This document shows, one piece after another, positions 47,825-57,646 of a DNA stretch of 64,000 nucleotides; positions within the stretch are counted from its first letter, which is position 1; each line of letters begins with the position of its first letter. A program made the position numbers and the translations under genes. The stretch is from NCBI GenBank assembly GCA_965249725.1, contig CBDFMQ010000002.1, positions 736,001 through 800,000 on the forward strand, written 5' to 3'. The DNA is from Longimicrobiales bacterium. Its GTDB lineage: Bacteria; Gemmatimonadota; Gemmatimonadetes; Longimicrobiales; Gaopeijiaceae. The notes under the pieces are model-generated. The model worked only from the letters and a program-made list of their open reading frames with translations, was not told where the DNA came from and searched no databases.

Positions 47825-48478
47825 ATGGATTTCCTGTCCCTTCTTCCCGTGCTCATTTTCTCGATCGTGGTGCACGAGGTGGCCCACGCATGGGTGGCCC
47901 TCAGGGAGGGTGACGACACCGCCCACAAGCTGGGACGCATCACACTCAATCCCGTTTCCCACATGGACCTGATGGGATCGTTTCTGGTCCCCGTTGCACT
48001 GTTTTTCATGTCGAACGGTTTGATTTTCGGGTGGGCGAAGCCGGTACCGATCGATCCGCGAAAGTTCAGGAACTACAAGAGCGGCGACATCAAGGTGTCG
48101 CTTGCCGGAATCGTCTCCAACCTGATCCTGGCGGTGCTCTTCACGCTCTTGGCGATGATCCTGGTGAAGGTCCAGGTCGTGTCGGGTGGGGACGGAGTCG
48201 TTCTCGGATTCCTGATTCGGATGGCCCGCTTCGGGATCTTCATCAACCTGATCCTCGCGGTCTTCAACCTGATTCCGATTCCGCCGCTCGATGGGTCGCA
48301 CGTGATGTACCACATGCTGCCGGCACAGTGGGGAGGGACGTACCGCCAGGCCGGGCGCTACGGCATGCTGGTGCTCATGGGGCTCGTCTTCTTCTATCCT
48401 CCTTTCTTCAGCTTCGTGCTCTGGCCCGTGCTGGCTCTGATGGGTCTGGCAGACTCGCTGATCGAACTGTGGATCTGA
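47825..48478 (+). CDS. Site-2 protease (M50)
   Basis: HEVAH, NLIPIPPLDG. Confidence 0.95.
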   Translation: MDFLSLLPVLIFSIVVHEVAHAWVALREGDDTAHKLGRITLNPVSHMDLMGSFLVPVALFFMSNGLIFGWAKPVPIDPRKFRNYKSGDIKVSLAGIVSNLILAVLFTLLAMILVKVQVVSGGDGVVLGFLIRMARFGIFINLILAVFNLIPIPPLDGSHVMYHMLPAQWGGTYRQAGRYGMLVLMGLVFFYPPFFSFVLWPVLALMGLADSLIELWI

Positions 48479-49308
48479 CGCCCACCGCCAGTCCTCTCGC
48501 CGATGAGGACTTCCTGGTCATCGACATCGAGCGATTCCAGGGTCCACTGGATCTGCTGCTTCATCTGATCCGGCAGCAGGACATCGACATCTTCGAGATT
48601 CCGATCGCCCGGATCACTCGTCAATTCCTGAGTGCCGTCGTCGATATTCAGGCCAAGGATCTCGACAATGCCGGCGAATTCCTGGAAATGGCGGCCAGCC
48701 TCATCCGGATCAAGGCGCAGTTGCTGCTGCCTCGGCACGGCGACGCTGAAGACGAGGATCCCCGGGCAGAATTGGTGCGCCGCCTCCTCGAGTACGAGCA
48801 GATTCGAGAAATCAGCGAGCGATTGGCCACTTCGGAGGCCGAGCGTGGTCGGCGGTTCGGGAAGGGCTACCTGGAGCCTCGGATACGCCCTCCCATGGAG
48901 GAGACGGAGTTGGAGACGACCTGGGAAGAGGTGTTCCAGGCCGCCCTCGAGGTGACCCCTCCAGACCCCGGGATCCGGGCCCATCTCGTGACCACCCGTC
49001 CTGTTGCGATGGATGACAAGATGAACTTGATTCTCGGCACGCTCGGTCGTGTTCGACGGATCGAGTTCAGTAGGCTCGTGCGGCCGTTCAAGAATCGTAT
49101 GCACGGCGTGATGACATTCCTCGCCGGACTCGAGCTTACACGGAGGAGGCGCGTGAAGCTTCGGCAAGTGAAGCCGTTCACGGAATTGTGGGTCTATCGC
49201 GGTCTTGGCACCGCCGAAGAATCAGATGAAGGCATCGAGGCTTGGGGAGACGAGAACCCCGAGGTCGATGCTCCTGACGGCCCCGAGGGCCGAGGAGAAG
49301 CATCGTGA
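48469..49308 (+). CDS. scpA: Segregation and condensation protein A
   Basis: FQGPLDLLLHLI, EDPRAELV..LLEY, FLAGLEL; GTG overlaps the upstream stop. Confidence 0.93.
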   Translation: MDLTPTASPLADEDFLVIDIERFQGPLDLLLHLIRQQDIDIFEIPIARITRQFLSAVVDIQAKDLDNAGEFLEMAASLIRIKAQLLLPRHGDAEDEDPRAELVRRLLEYEQIREISERLATSEAERGRRFGKGYLEPRIRPPMEETELETTWEEVFQAALEVTPPDPGIRAHLVTTRPVAMDDKMNLILGTLGRVRRIEFSRLVRPFKNRMHGVMTFLAGLELTRRRRVKLRQVKPFTELWVYRGLGTAEESDEGIEAWGDENPEVDAPDGPEGRGEAS

Positions 49309-50033
49309 ATCCGGCTCAGGTCGTAGAGGCCGTTCTGTTCGCTTCGGACGCTCCGCTGAAGGCGGAGGAGATCGCGCGTGCGGATGAGTCCCTCGACGAA
49401 GACCTCATCGAGGATGCAATCGGAGAGTTGAACGCGGCCTACTCCGAGTCGGAGCGGGCGTTCGAAATCCGAGAACTCGGAGAAGGATTCCAGCTGCTGA
49501 CTCGATCCGAGTTCGCTCCCTATCTCGAGCGTTTCGACACGGTGCCGCGCCCCTCGCGCGTGTCGGGCCCCGCATTGGAGACGCTCGCGATCATCGCCTA
49601 TCGTCAGCCGATCGGACGCATCGAGGTCGAGTATATTCGCGGCGTCAGTTCGGCCGGTGTCATACGCACGCTGACGGATCGGGGGCTCGTCGACGTGGTA
49701 GCCCGGGGCGAGGGACTCGGCCGGCCTCTTCTGTACGGCACGACCAGTCGATTCCTCGAGCACTTCGGCTTCCGCTCGCTCGATGACCTTCCGCGTCCGG
49801 AGGCACTGCCGGTCATCCTTCGCGACCGTGTTCCGGTGGAGGATATGCTCCCACAGGACGAGGAAGTCGTGGAGGAGCCCTCGGTCGCCGCTCCGGAGCT
49901 CGGAGTCGAGGACGTGCTGGCCGGTGACGCGTCGATGGCCCTCGAAGCCGGGGAAGACGTAGAGGCCGAGGGCGTTCTCGATGCGGAGGATCTCGGCGAT
50001 ACCGAGGCCGCCGAGGATACCGACTCCGACTGA
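49305..50033 (+). CDS. scpB: Segregation and condensation protein B
   Basis: EAVLF, ALETLAIIAY.QP, GRPLLYGTT..FL..FG. Confidence 0.96.
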   Translation: MNPAQVVEAVLFASDAPLKAEEIARADESLDEDLIEDAIGELNAAYSESERAFEIRELGEGFQLLTRSEFAPYLERFDTVPRPSRVSGPALETLAIIAYRQPIGRIEVEYIRGVSSAGVIRTLTDRGLVDVVARGEGLGRPLLYGTTSRFLEHFGFRSLDDLPRPEALPVILRDRVPVEDMLPQDEEVVEEPSVAAPELGVEDVLAGDASMALEAGEDVEAEGVLDAEDLGDTEAAEDTDSD

Positions 50034-50046
50034 GGGCCACGGTCCG

Positions 50047-50772
50047 ATGCGGATCCAGAAGTTCCTATCCAGGGCCGGGGTGGCCTCTCGACGAAAGGCG
50101 GAGAAGCTCGTCGAGGAGGGCCGCGTCACGGTGAACGGGGTGGTCACCACCGAACTCGGAATCAGCGTCGATCCGGACCGCGATTTCGTAACCGTTGACG
50201 GGGAGACGGCAGCCCTTCCGGTACGGCGTTGGGTCCGTTTTCACAAACCCGCCGGGGTGCTGACCACGGTGGAGGATACCCACGGTCGGCCCACCATCTA
50301 CGACCGCCTGCCCCCCGAATTCAGCCCCCTCAAATATGTCGGCCGTCTAGACATGCCGACCGAAGGGCTGCTCCTGCTCACCAACGACGGCGACCTGGCG
50401 AACCGGCTTCAGCATCCGAGTTCTCAGGTGGAGCGAGAGTACGAGGCGCGGGTAAAAGGGATACCGACCGAGAAGACCCTCCAACGCCTGAGGGAGGGTG
50501 TAGATTTAGAGGACGGCTTCGCCCGCCCGACCCGAGTCGATCCCGGCCGACCCGACGGGAGGTACGGCACCTTGACCCTGGTGTTGACGGAAGGCCGTAA
50601 GCGTGAGGTGCGCAGGCTCCTCGAAGCGGTGGGCCACCCGGTGGCCGCTTTGAGGCGGGTCCGGTTCGGACCGATTCGTCTGGGATACTTACCGGTCGGC
50701 GAATGGGAAGAGCTGAGCGACGAAGATATCCAGGCCCTCGAAGGATGTGTCGAGGACCCCGACCGAGAATAG
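50047..50772 (+). CDS. rluB: RluB/RsuA-family pseudouridine synthase
   Basis: S4 domain SRRKAE, VGRLD, EGRKREVRR. Confidence 0.9.
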   Translation: MRIQKFLSRAGVASRRKAEKLVEEGRVTVNGVVTTELGISVDPDRDFVTVDGETAALPVRRWVRFHKPAGVLTTVEDTHGRPTIYDRLPPEFSPLKYVGRLDMPTEGLLLLTNDGDLANRLQHPSSQVEREYEARVKGIPTEKTLQRLREGVDLEDGFARPTRVDPGRPDGRYGTLTLVLTEGRKREVRRLLEAVGHPVAALRRVRFGPIRLGYLPVGEWEELSDEDIQALEGCVEDPDRE

Positions 50773-50784
50773 AAGGTGACCTAG

Positions 50785-52440
50785 ATGGAACTCACGGATA
50801 GAACGGTGCTCGTCCTGGGAGGGGCGGGGCTCGTGGGGTTCGCAGTCTCCCGGCGGATGATCGAGTACTCACCGAAACGGCTCATCATCACATCACTTCG
50901 CCGCACCGAGGCGGAGGATAGGGTGCGCGAGCTCGAGGCCGAATCCACCGGCACCTCAACTTCGATCGAGGCGGCGTGGGGCGACCTCTTCGTTCAGGAA
51001 GACGTCCGTGAGCGACCCCGCGAAGACATTCTCGGAGATGCCGACGCGCGCGGACGAATGGTGGACGACCTCTTCGGTCCTCTCACCCAAGAGGTGCTGG
51101 ACCGGTCGGCCCTCGGCAGCCTGCTCGCTCGAGCTCGTCCCGACGTGATCGTGGACTGCATCAACACGGCCGGAGCTCTGGCTTATCAGGACACGTTCCA
51201 CTCGGCTGCCGAACTCCGCGCCGGGGCGGAGGAGGGGGTGGTGGACGGTGAGGCCGTGGAGCGTCACCTCTCGACCATGTACCTGCCGCAGCTCATCCGG
51301 CACGTGCAGATCGCCTTGGAAGGGATGATCCAGGCCGGAACGGGCATCTACGTGAAGGTGGGGACTGTGGGAACCGGGGGTATGGGGTTGAACATTCCGT
51401 TCACCCATTCGGAGGAGCGGCCCTCGCGCGTGCTCCTGGCCAAGTCGGGCTTGGCGGGGGCTCATACGCTTCTGCTCTATCTCATGGCACGAACCCCCGA
51501 TGCGCCGGCGGTGAAGGAAGTCAAACCGACTGCAGCCATTTCGTGGAGATCGATCTCCTTCGGCGCCATCACGAAGGGTGGATCTCCGTTGACCCTTTCG
51601 GACTCCACGGGCCCGGTGCCGGTGGCCGAAGCGTTCGTCAACGGAGCGGGGGGTTTCAAGATCCTCGATGAGCCCCTGGCAGGCGTCTACATCGACGCGG
51701 GAGAGAATGGACTCTTCTCGTTGCCCGAGTTCGAGGCCCTGACGTCTCTCGGTCTCATGGAGTTCGTGACCCCCGAGGAGATCGCCGAGAACGTGGTCCG
51801 GGAAATCCAGGGCCACCCCACGGGACGGGACGTCGTGGCGGCACTCGATGCCGCCACGATGGGACCGACCTATCGTGCCGGGGTGCTGCGGAGTGAGGCC
51901 TTGGGGGCGATGGAGCGACTCGAAGCTGAACACGGGATCGAGTCGGTGGCGTACGAGATGTTGGGACCGCCGCGATTGTCGAAGCTCCTGTTCGAAGCCG
52001 CGATCCTCGAAAGGCTCTACGGCGTGATGGAGGCAGCTGCGGGGCTGGATCCGGAAGATGCCGCGCGTCGGAGTCAGGAGCTCATCCAGACCGATGATGA
52101 ACTCCGCCAACGCATCCTTACGATCGGACTTCCGATTCTGCTCCCCGACGGAGAGGCTGTCCTGAGGGGCGTCAACGTAAAGGTCCCACCGGAGGCCGGC
52201 TTGGAACCCACCGACGACAAGATCGTCAATGCGGGTTGGGTCGACCTGCGGTCGAGCAACTGGAGTCTCTGGCGGGACCGCATCACCGGGGTCGCCGTCG
52301 AGATCCGCAACCGCCCCGGAGTGATGGAAGGGTCTCAGGGTGATCAGGAATTCGGAGACGCGGAGGGCCGGATTCGTCCGGGGCGCATGGCCGCGTGGAT
52401 CTTCCGCTACGAGGACAAGGGCGAGCGCATCAAGCGGTAG
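50785..52440 (+). CDS. Uncharacterised Rossmann-fold (SDR-like) protein
   Basis: VLVLGGAGLVG N-terminal dinucleotide-binding motif; GTGGMGLNIPFTHSEE. Confidence 0.8.
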   Translation: MELTDRTVLVLGGAGLVGFAVSRRMIEYSPKRLIITSLRRTEAEDRVRELEAESTGTSTSIEAAWGDLFVQEDVRERPREDILGDADARGRMVDDLFGPLTQEVLDRSALGSLLARARPDVIVDCINTAGALAYQDTFHSAAELRAGAEEGVVDGEAVERHLSTMYLPQLIRHVQIALEGMIQAGTGIYVKVGTVGTGGMGLNIPFTHSEERPSRVLLAKSGLAGAHTLLLYLMARTPDAPAVKEVKPTAAISWRSISFGAITKGGSPLTLSDSTGPVPVAEAFVNGAGGFKILDEPLAGVYIDAGENGLFSLPEFEALTSLGLMEFVTPEEIAENVVREIQGHPTGRDVVAALDAATMGPTYRAGVLRSEALGAMERLEAEHGIESVAYEMLGPPRLSKLLFEAAILERLYGVMEAAAGLDPEDAARRSQELIQTDDELRQRILTIGLPILLPDGEAVLRGVNVKVPPEAGLEPTDDKIVNAGWVDLRSSNWSLWRDRITGVAVEIRNRPGVMEGSQGDQEFGDAEGRIRPGRMAAWIFRYEDKGERIKR

Positions 52441-53106
52441 CTACAGGTCGTAGTCCGAATCGCCGGGCCATCCCTCGGACCCCACCAAGGGGACGAACGA
52501 GCAGTTCAGCAGGCGTTCGCTGACGTATTCGTTCCCCTGATGCGTGTAGCGGAGGAGGGACTGCTGCGTTCGCGGCCCGACGGGGATTACCAGGCGGCCA
52601 CCCTCTTCGGACAACTGTTCCTTGAGTGCGGGTGGTACTGATGGGGCGCCGGCGGTGACGATGATTGCGTCGAAGGGTGCCTTCTCTCGCCAGCCGAGGG
52701 ATCCGTCACCGATGCGCAGGTGCACGTTGGAAATCCCGAGCGCCGAAAGACGCTCCTCAGCGGCGCACTGGAGCGCGCGAAGGCGCTCCATGGAGAACAC
52801 TTCCGAGGCGATGGTGCTGAGCACGGCGGTTTGATATCCACTCCCCGTGCCCACCTCCAGGACACGGTCCTCGGGCCCGAGTCGCAGCGCTTGGGTCATC
52901 GCGGCCACCATGTACGGTTGGCTTACCGTCTGGCCGAGGCCCAATGGGACGGCTCTGTCGCGGTAGGCCCAAGCACGGCGATCGTCCGGGAGAAAATTCT
53001 CCCGCGGGACCCAGGCCATCGCCTCGAGGACTCGGGGATCGACGATGCCGCGAGCCTTGAGTTGGCTCTCGACCATGGCCATGCGATCGTTCGTCGTATC
53101 GGGCAT
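52441..53106 (-). CDS. pcm: Protein-L-isoaspartate O-methyltransferase
   Basis: GQTVSQPY, LEVGTGSGYQ, APFDAI, FVPLVG. Confidence 0.96.
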   Translation of the reverse strand: MPDTTNDRMAMVESQLKARGIVDPRVLEAMAWVPRENFLPDDRRAWAYRDRAVPLGLGQTVSQPYMVAAMTQALRLGPEDRVLEVGTGSGYQTAVLSTIASEVFSMERLRALQCAAEERLSALGISNVHLRIGDGSLGWREKAPFDAIIVTAGAPSVPPALKEQLSEEGGRLVIPVGPRTQQSLLRYTHQGNEYVSERLLNCSFVPLVGSEGWPGDSDYDL

Positions 53107-53251
53107 GTACCGTCTCCCGGGAGAGCGGCTCCCACTGCCTTGGCCGGTGAGTCCTCTTCTCGTCCTCAACCACTATTCTAGCGGGAACGGGACTCCACTT
53201 CACGCTCGGATGGATGGATCGAGGGCGTGTGCTTACCTTGGTCGTGAACAC

Positions 53252-53325
<74 letters not shown>

Positions 53326-53326
53326 T

Positions 53327-53390
53327 TGGTAGTCGTAATGACTGGTAGTCGTAATGACTGGCAGTCGTACCGACCGCTAGTCGTACCGAG
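53327..53390. repeat. 4 x 16-bp tandem repeat directly after tRNA
   Basis: TGGTAGTCGTAATGAC x2, TGGCAGTCGTACCGAC, CGCTAGTCGTACCGAG. Confidence 0.9.
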
Positions 53391-53417
53391 GGATCAACTC
53401 CGCAGCGAGGGACCGCT

Positions 53418-54881
53418 ATGCGCCACACATCGCAGAGACGTCTTTGGAGGGTTGTCAGCGGTTCCAGCCACAGGTTAGGCCTCACGACCGGCACGATTGC
53501 AGCGCTGGTCACGATGGGAGTCATCGCCCCCAGCGCCGTGGCCCAGGTCGTCTGCTTCGGCGACCCGACCTGCGTGCAGCCGATCACCGGCTACGCCATC
53601 GGCCAGCCCGGCACGCCGAACGTCGACGTGGTCTCGCACCTGCCCCTCCCGGGTGTCCCTTTCAGCCACACCGACATCGAGATCGAACAGGACATGGATC
53701 GCCCGTTCGTGTACATCGCGCAGCGGTTCGGGGCGTCGGGCTTCTACGCGATCAGCATCGAGGACCCGGAGAAGCCCCGCGTGCTGTACCGTTGGACGAT
53801 CGGTGACCCCGATCTGCACCTCGGGGCAGGCTGCGTCGATATCAAGTATGCCAAGGCCGAGGGACGCTACTACGTGATCCTGTCGTGCCAGTTCGGCCAG
53901 GGCGGGCCCGACGCCGATCTGGGTGCGATGCTCTTCGACGTCACGGATCTGCCCGACGCGTCGACGGTGCGGCTGGTCGCCGAGCTGCGACTCCCTGATA
54001 TGCCCGGCGGCTTTCACAACGTGTTCGCATACAGGCATACGAACGGGCGCTCGCTGCTGGTGGCGACCACGCAGTCCGAGGATGCCTTCATCTACGACAT
54101 CGCGCAGGTCGCGAGGGGTGTGACGGACCCAGTCTCGGAGATCGCCGTGCCCCAACCGTCGTCCGCGCGCAGTCGCCAGTGGCACGACATGTACATCGGC
54201 TACCTGCCGGAGGCGGAACAGGACCGCTTCTATGGAGCGGGGACCGGCGGCTTTCATGTGTTCGACATGACCGACGTCGAGAATCCGAGGTTGCTGACGT
54301 CCGTCACGGGGATTCCCGGGGTGGAGAACGGGCATACGTTCACCCCGACGCCGGACGGTCGCTACGCGCTGGGCATGCCGGAGCCCACCTATCAGCATTC
54401 GCCGGTGCGCTTCTTCGATCTTCAGCCTCCGGGGTCGGAAGGCCAAACGCCGAACGTGGTCCGAGGCTCGGGCGTGGGTGCATGGATTCCCAAATTCGGT
54501 GGAGCCACTCACAATCACGAGATCCGCTGGCCGTACGTCTTCATTTCCGCCCAGGACGACGGTTTGCAGATCGTGAACATGGCCGACCCCACGCGACCGT
54601 TCACCGTCGGGTACTACCACACCCGACAGAACCCGATGCTGCATGACCCGTTGGGCCGCAATCCGTCACAGGCCACGACCGGCAACATCTACAACGGGGC
54701 CTGGGGCGTGGACATCCGGAACGAGGACGGCCTCATCGTGGTGAGTGACGAGAATTCCGGCTTCTGGGCGTTCCGCCTCGAGGGCTTCCAGGGGTGGAAC
54801 GGCAACGACTGGGCGATGCCGAACATCTCTAGCGCCCAGTACTGGGACGAAGGTCCGGTGAGGCCCGAACAGATCCGGTAG
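53418..54881 (+). CDS. Secreted LVIVD-repeat-like beta-propeller protein
   Basis: Signal peptide; repeated (V/I)xD(V/M)xDPxxP strands; several His motifs; GAWGVD. Confidence 0.8.
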   Translation: MRHTSQRRLWRVVSGSSHRLGLTTGTIAALVTMGVIAPSAVAQVVCFGDPTCVQPITGYAIGQPGTPNVDVVSHLPLPGVPFSHTDIEIEQDMDRPFVYIAQRFGASGFYAISIEDPEKPRVLYRWTIGDPDLHLGAGCVDIKYAKAEGRYYVILSCQFGQGGPDADLGAMLFDVTDLPDASTVRLVAELRLPDMPGGFHNVFAYRHTNGRSLLVATTQSEDAFIYDIAQVARGVTDPVSEIAVPQPSSARSRQWHDMYIGYLPEAEQDRFYGAGTGGFHVFDMTDVENPRLLTSVTGIPGVENGHTFTPTPDGRYALGMPEPTYQHSPVRFFDLQPPGSEGQTPNVVRGSGVGAWIPKFGGATHNHEIRWPYVFISAQDDGLQIVNMADPTRPFTVGYYHTRQNPMLHDPLGRNPSQATTGNIYNGAWGVDIRNEDGLIVVSDENSGFWAFRLEGFQGWNGNDWAMPNISSAQYWDEGPVRPEQIR

Positions 54882-54973
54882 AACGGGCGCGCCGCCCCAC
54901 TCGCGAACGAGAACGACAGGCCCTGCGGCCCGGCTCAGCCGAACCGCAGGGCTTGTTGGTTGTGAGCCCCTGG

Positions 54974-57479
54974 TCAGGGTGCTCCTGGGACGACAGCACA
55001 CCCTCTTCCCGGTACCGGCGGGGCCTTCGAGGGAGGTGCGTTCGACCACGGTCGCACGCGTGGACCGCGGATCGAGGCTTGGGAGGGAGGCTGCATGGTC
55101 CCGGACAATCCGTAGGTGATGGGGTAGCCTCCGGGCAATCCGAACGCGGCTCCCATGATGTACTCGAAGAAGAACGAGCCGTCGCAACTCAAGAGCCCGG
55201 ACAACGTCACGTAGATGCCGGGGAAGCCCGCCACGATGCCGACTCCGTCGGCCCAGACGTTGCCCTCGGAGTCCCGGGTCCCGGTTACGTCTACGAAGGG
55301 GCTCGTTGATGACGTGAGGAAGCTGGAGCTGCCATCGGAAATGAAGTCGGCCAGGCTCAGGTACAGCTGCGTCATGGCCAGCAGTTGGATGAACGGGTTG
55401 TGTCCGCCAGAATCCTCGAGCACGCTCACGATCAGGTTGAAGAAACCGGTATGACAGTTGGTACCGTCCTTGCCGTCCTTGAAGTTGTTGCCTGAGTCGA
55501 TCTTGGGACCTCGAGGCTCCAAGGCGTCGCCGGCGCCCCACCCTCCGATCCCGGGCAACCACTCCCCGTCGAGCCCATCGCCCCCGATGCCTGTGAGATC
55601 GATTACCTCGACGCCACCAGGCATGCCGTCGGCTTTTCCGGTCCCTCCAGGGCCGTCGTTGCCCTCGAACGTCCCGCCCAAACCGCCATTTCCCCCGTTG
55701 GTGACCGGAAAGACGCTGCACCCGTCGAAGCCGAAGCCTCCGTGACCACCCGTGACGGCCAGGGCTCCCCCCATGCCGCCGTTGCCGACGAGTGCACCAC
55801 CGGCGTCGGTGACCTCCGCCTTGCCACCGTCACCGCCGTTGGATTCAGCTGCAACCAACGCTGCACGCCGCAGTCCACTGAGGACCATCCGAGGCGGGGC
55901 CGGGCCGGCCGGTGCCTCAGGCTTGTACGAGTTGCCTCCGGCAGCCCCGTCGATGAAGTCGACGTCTCCGTCGCCGCCGTCACCCGGATCCATGTTGGAG
56001 TCGCCTCCATCGCCTCCGTTGCCCCCGGTGATCGTCACGTTTGCCGTGCTGGCGGAGCCAGTGGCCCTGAATTGCAGGGGCGGGGAAGTGCCGCCGAAGC
56101 CACCCAACGCGTAGGCATGTCCTCCTGCTTGCGCGGGTTTGTCCGGCCTCTGTGACGAGTTCATGCCGTGGGCTCCGAGGGCCGTCGCATCTGCCCCGGA
56201 ACCGGCATCTCCCACTTGGATGGTCAGCACGCCGGACTCGGCAAGCGGCGTGATCCCTACCAGCGAGCGCACTTCTACCAGGCCCGCCGCACCGCCGGGC
56301 CCACCCTCGGATATTGCGGCCGCCGCAGGGTCGATATCGGGGTTCTCTTTTCCTTCCGCCATCGAGAAGCCGCCGATTCCACCGTCTCCTGCAATGAGTT
56401 CATTCCCGGAGCCCGTGAAGGTCCAGCTTCCGGTGGCCAAGAGTCGCACCTTGCCACCGTCACCGCCTTTGCCGCCGGAGGCGTCGGCTTCCGTAATGCT
56501 CTCGTGCATCCCCCGGCCGCCCCCGCCTCCATTCTGTCCGAAGACCCGCACGCCCCCGTGGAGGAACGCGTTGCCACTGCAGAACAAAGTCCACGTCCGG
56601 CCGTCCTCACCGTCTTCACCGTGCTGTCCGTCGGCGCCATTCGCTGCCTGTGTCGGGTTGGCGAGGAAGGTGTAGTTGCTGATCCGACAGGTGCCGGACA
56701 CAGGCCTGGCCGACGCGGACCCAGAAAGAGCCTGGCCCTCTTCGGGGAAGTCTGCGTCGGAGATCGTCGGATCGTTCTTGATGACGATGTCGCCGCCGCT
56801 CTCGATGGTTCCTTCGTCCAGCTCGAGGTCGCCGTTGCCCACGATCGTCACCGAGGCGGTCTCCGATGGCGCAACCGTGCACGCGTTGTTGATCGAGCCG
56901 TTGATCGTGACGGCGGCCTGACCGTTGATGGTGATGTCCACGCATTCACCGCTCAGTGTGCCGTCGATGCTGACTGCTCCGGTCACGTCCATCGTGAGAT
57001 CGTCGGTAACCGTGACGGTGACCCCCTCCGGGATTATCACTTGATCGTAGGTCTTGGTGCCGGAGAGGTTCGTGTCACCAGTAGGTTCGAAGGTGGGCGT
57101 CGTGACCGTAACGGCGGCGCTCGCGCTCTGACCCTCCGAGGTGGCCGTGACGGTGGCCGATCCGGCGCCCACGCCGGTCACTAGCCCGCCAACGACCGAG
57201 GCGACCTGCGCGTCGGTCGTGGACCAGAGAATCGCGCGGTTGCTGAGCGCAGTCCCTGCAGCGTCGAAGGTCGCCGCGGCCAACTGGGCCGTCTCTCCGA
57301 CGAGGAGGTCAGCGTCCGCAGGCGTCGCCGTCACCGTAGCTACAGGCGCGGGCGGTGGTGGCGGCGGCGGGGGGGGGCTGAACGGGCGTACCGTTATCGC
57401 CGCCACCGCACGACCCGACGAGAAGAGCAAACGCGACTACGGCGGGGCCAGTGATCCACTTTGAATCGACACGGGACAT
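54974..57479 (-). pseudogene. Gly-rich surface lipoprotein with Ig-like (Big_2) domain, frameshifted at a G9 tract
   Basis: Lipobox LVGSC in the frame starting at 57479; Pro linker, Big_2 (WSTTDAQVASV) and GGxGG repeats in the next frame. Confidence 0.8.
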
Positions 57480-57646
57480 GAGTGGAGTGAGCGGGGAAAT
57501 TATCGATCTTAGATCACTCGAACCAGAGGGGGAATCCCCCGTCGTGAGGGGAGGTTCGGGCTCGGCATTGGGCCCTTGACCCCCGGTGTTCCGGGTGGTC
57601 TCATCAGAGAACAACCGATACCCGACCCGCTCCCAAAGGGGGATTC

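Noticed and set aside
48031..48468. N-terminal extension of ScpA (425-aa ORF)
   Set aside because: Overlaps the site-2 protease gene; ScpA homology starts after GTG 48469
53327..53390. Mini-CRISPR
   Set aside because: Contiguous 16-bp units with no spacers
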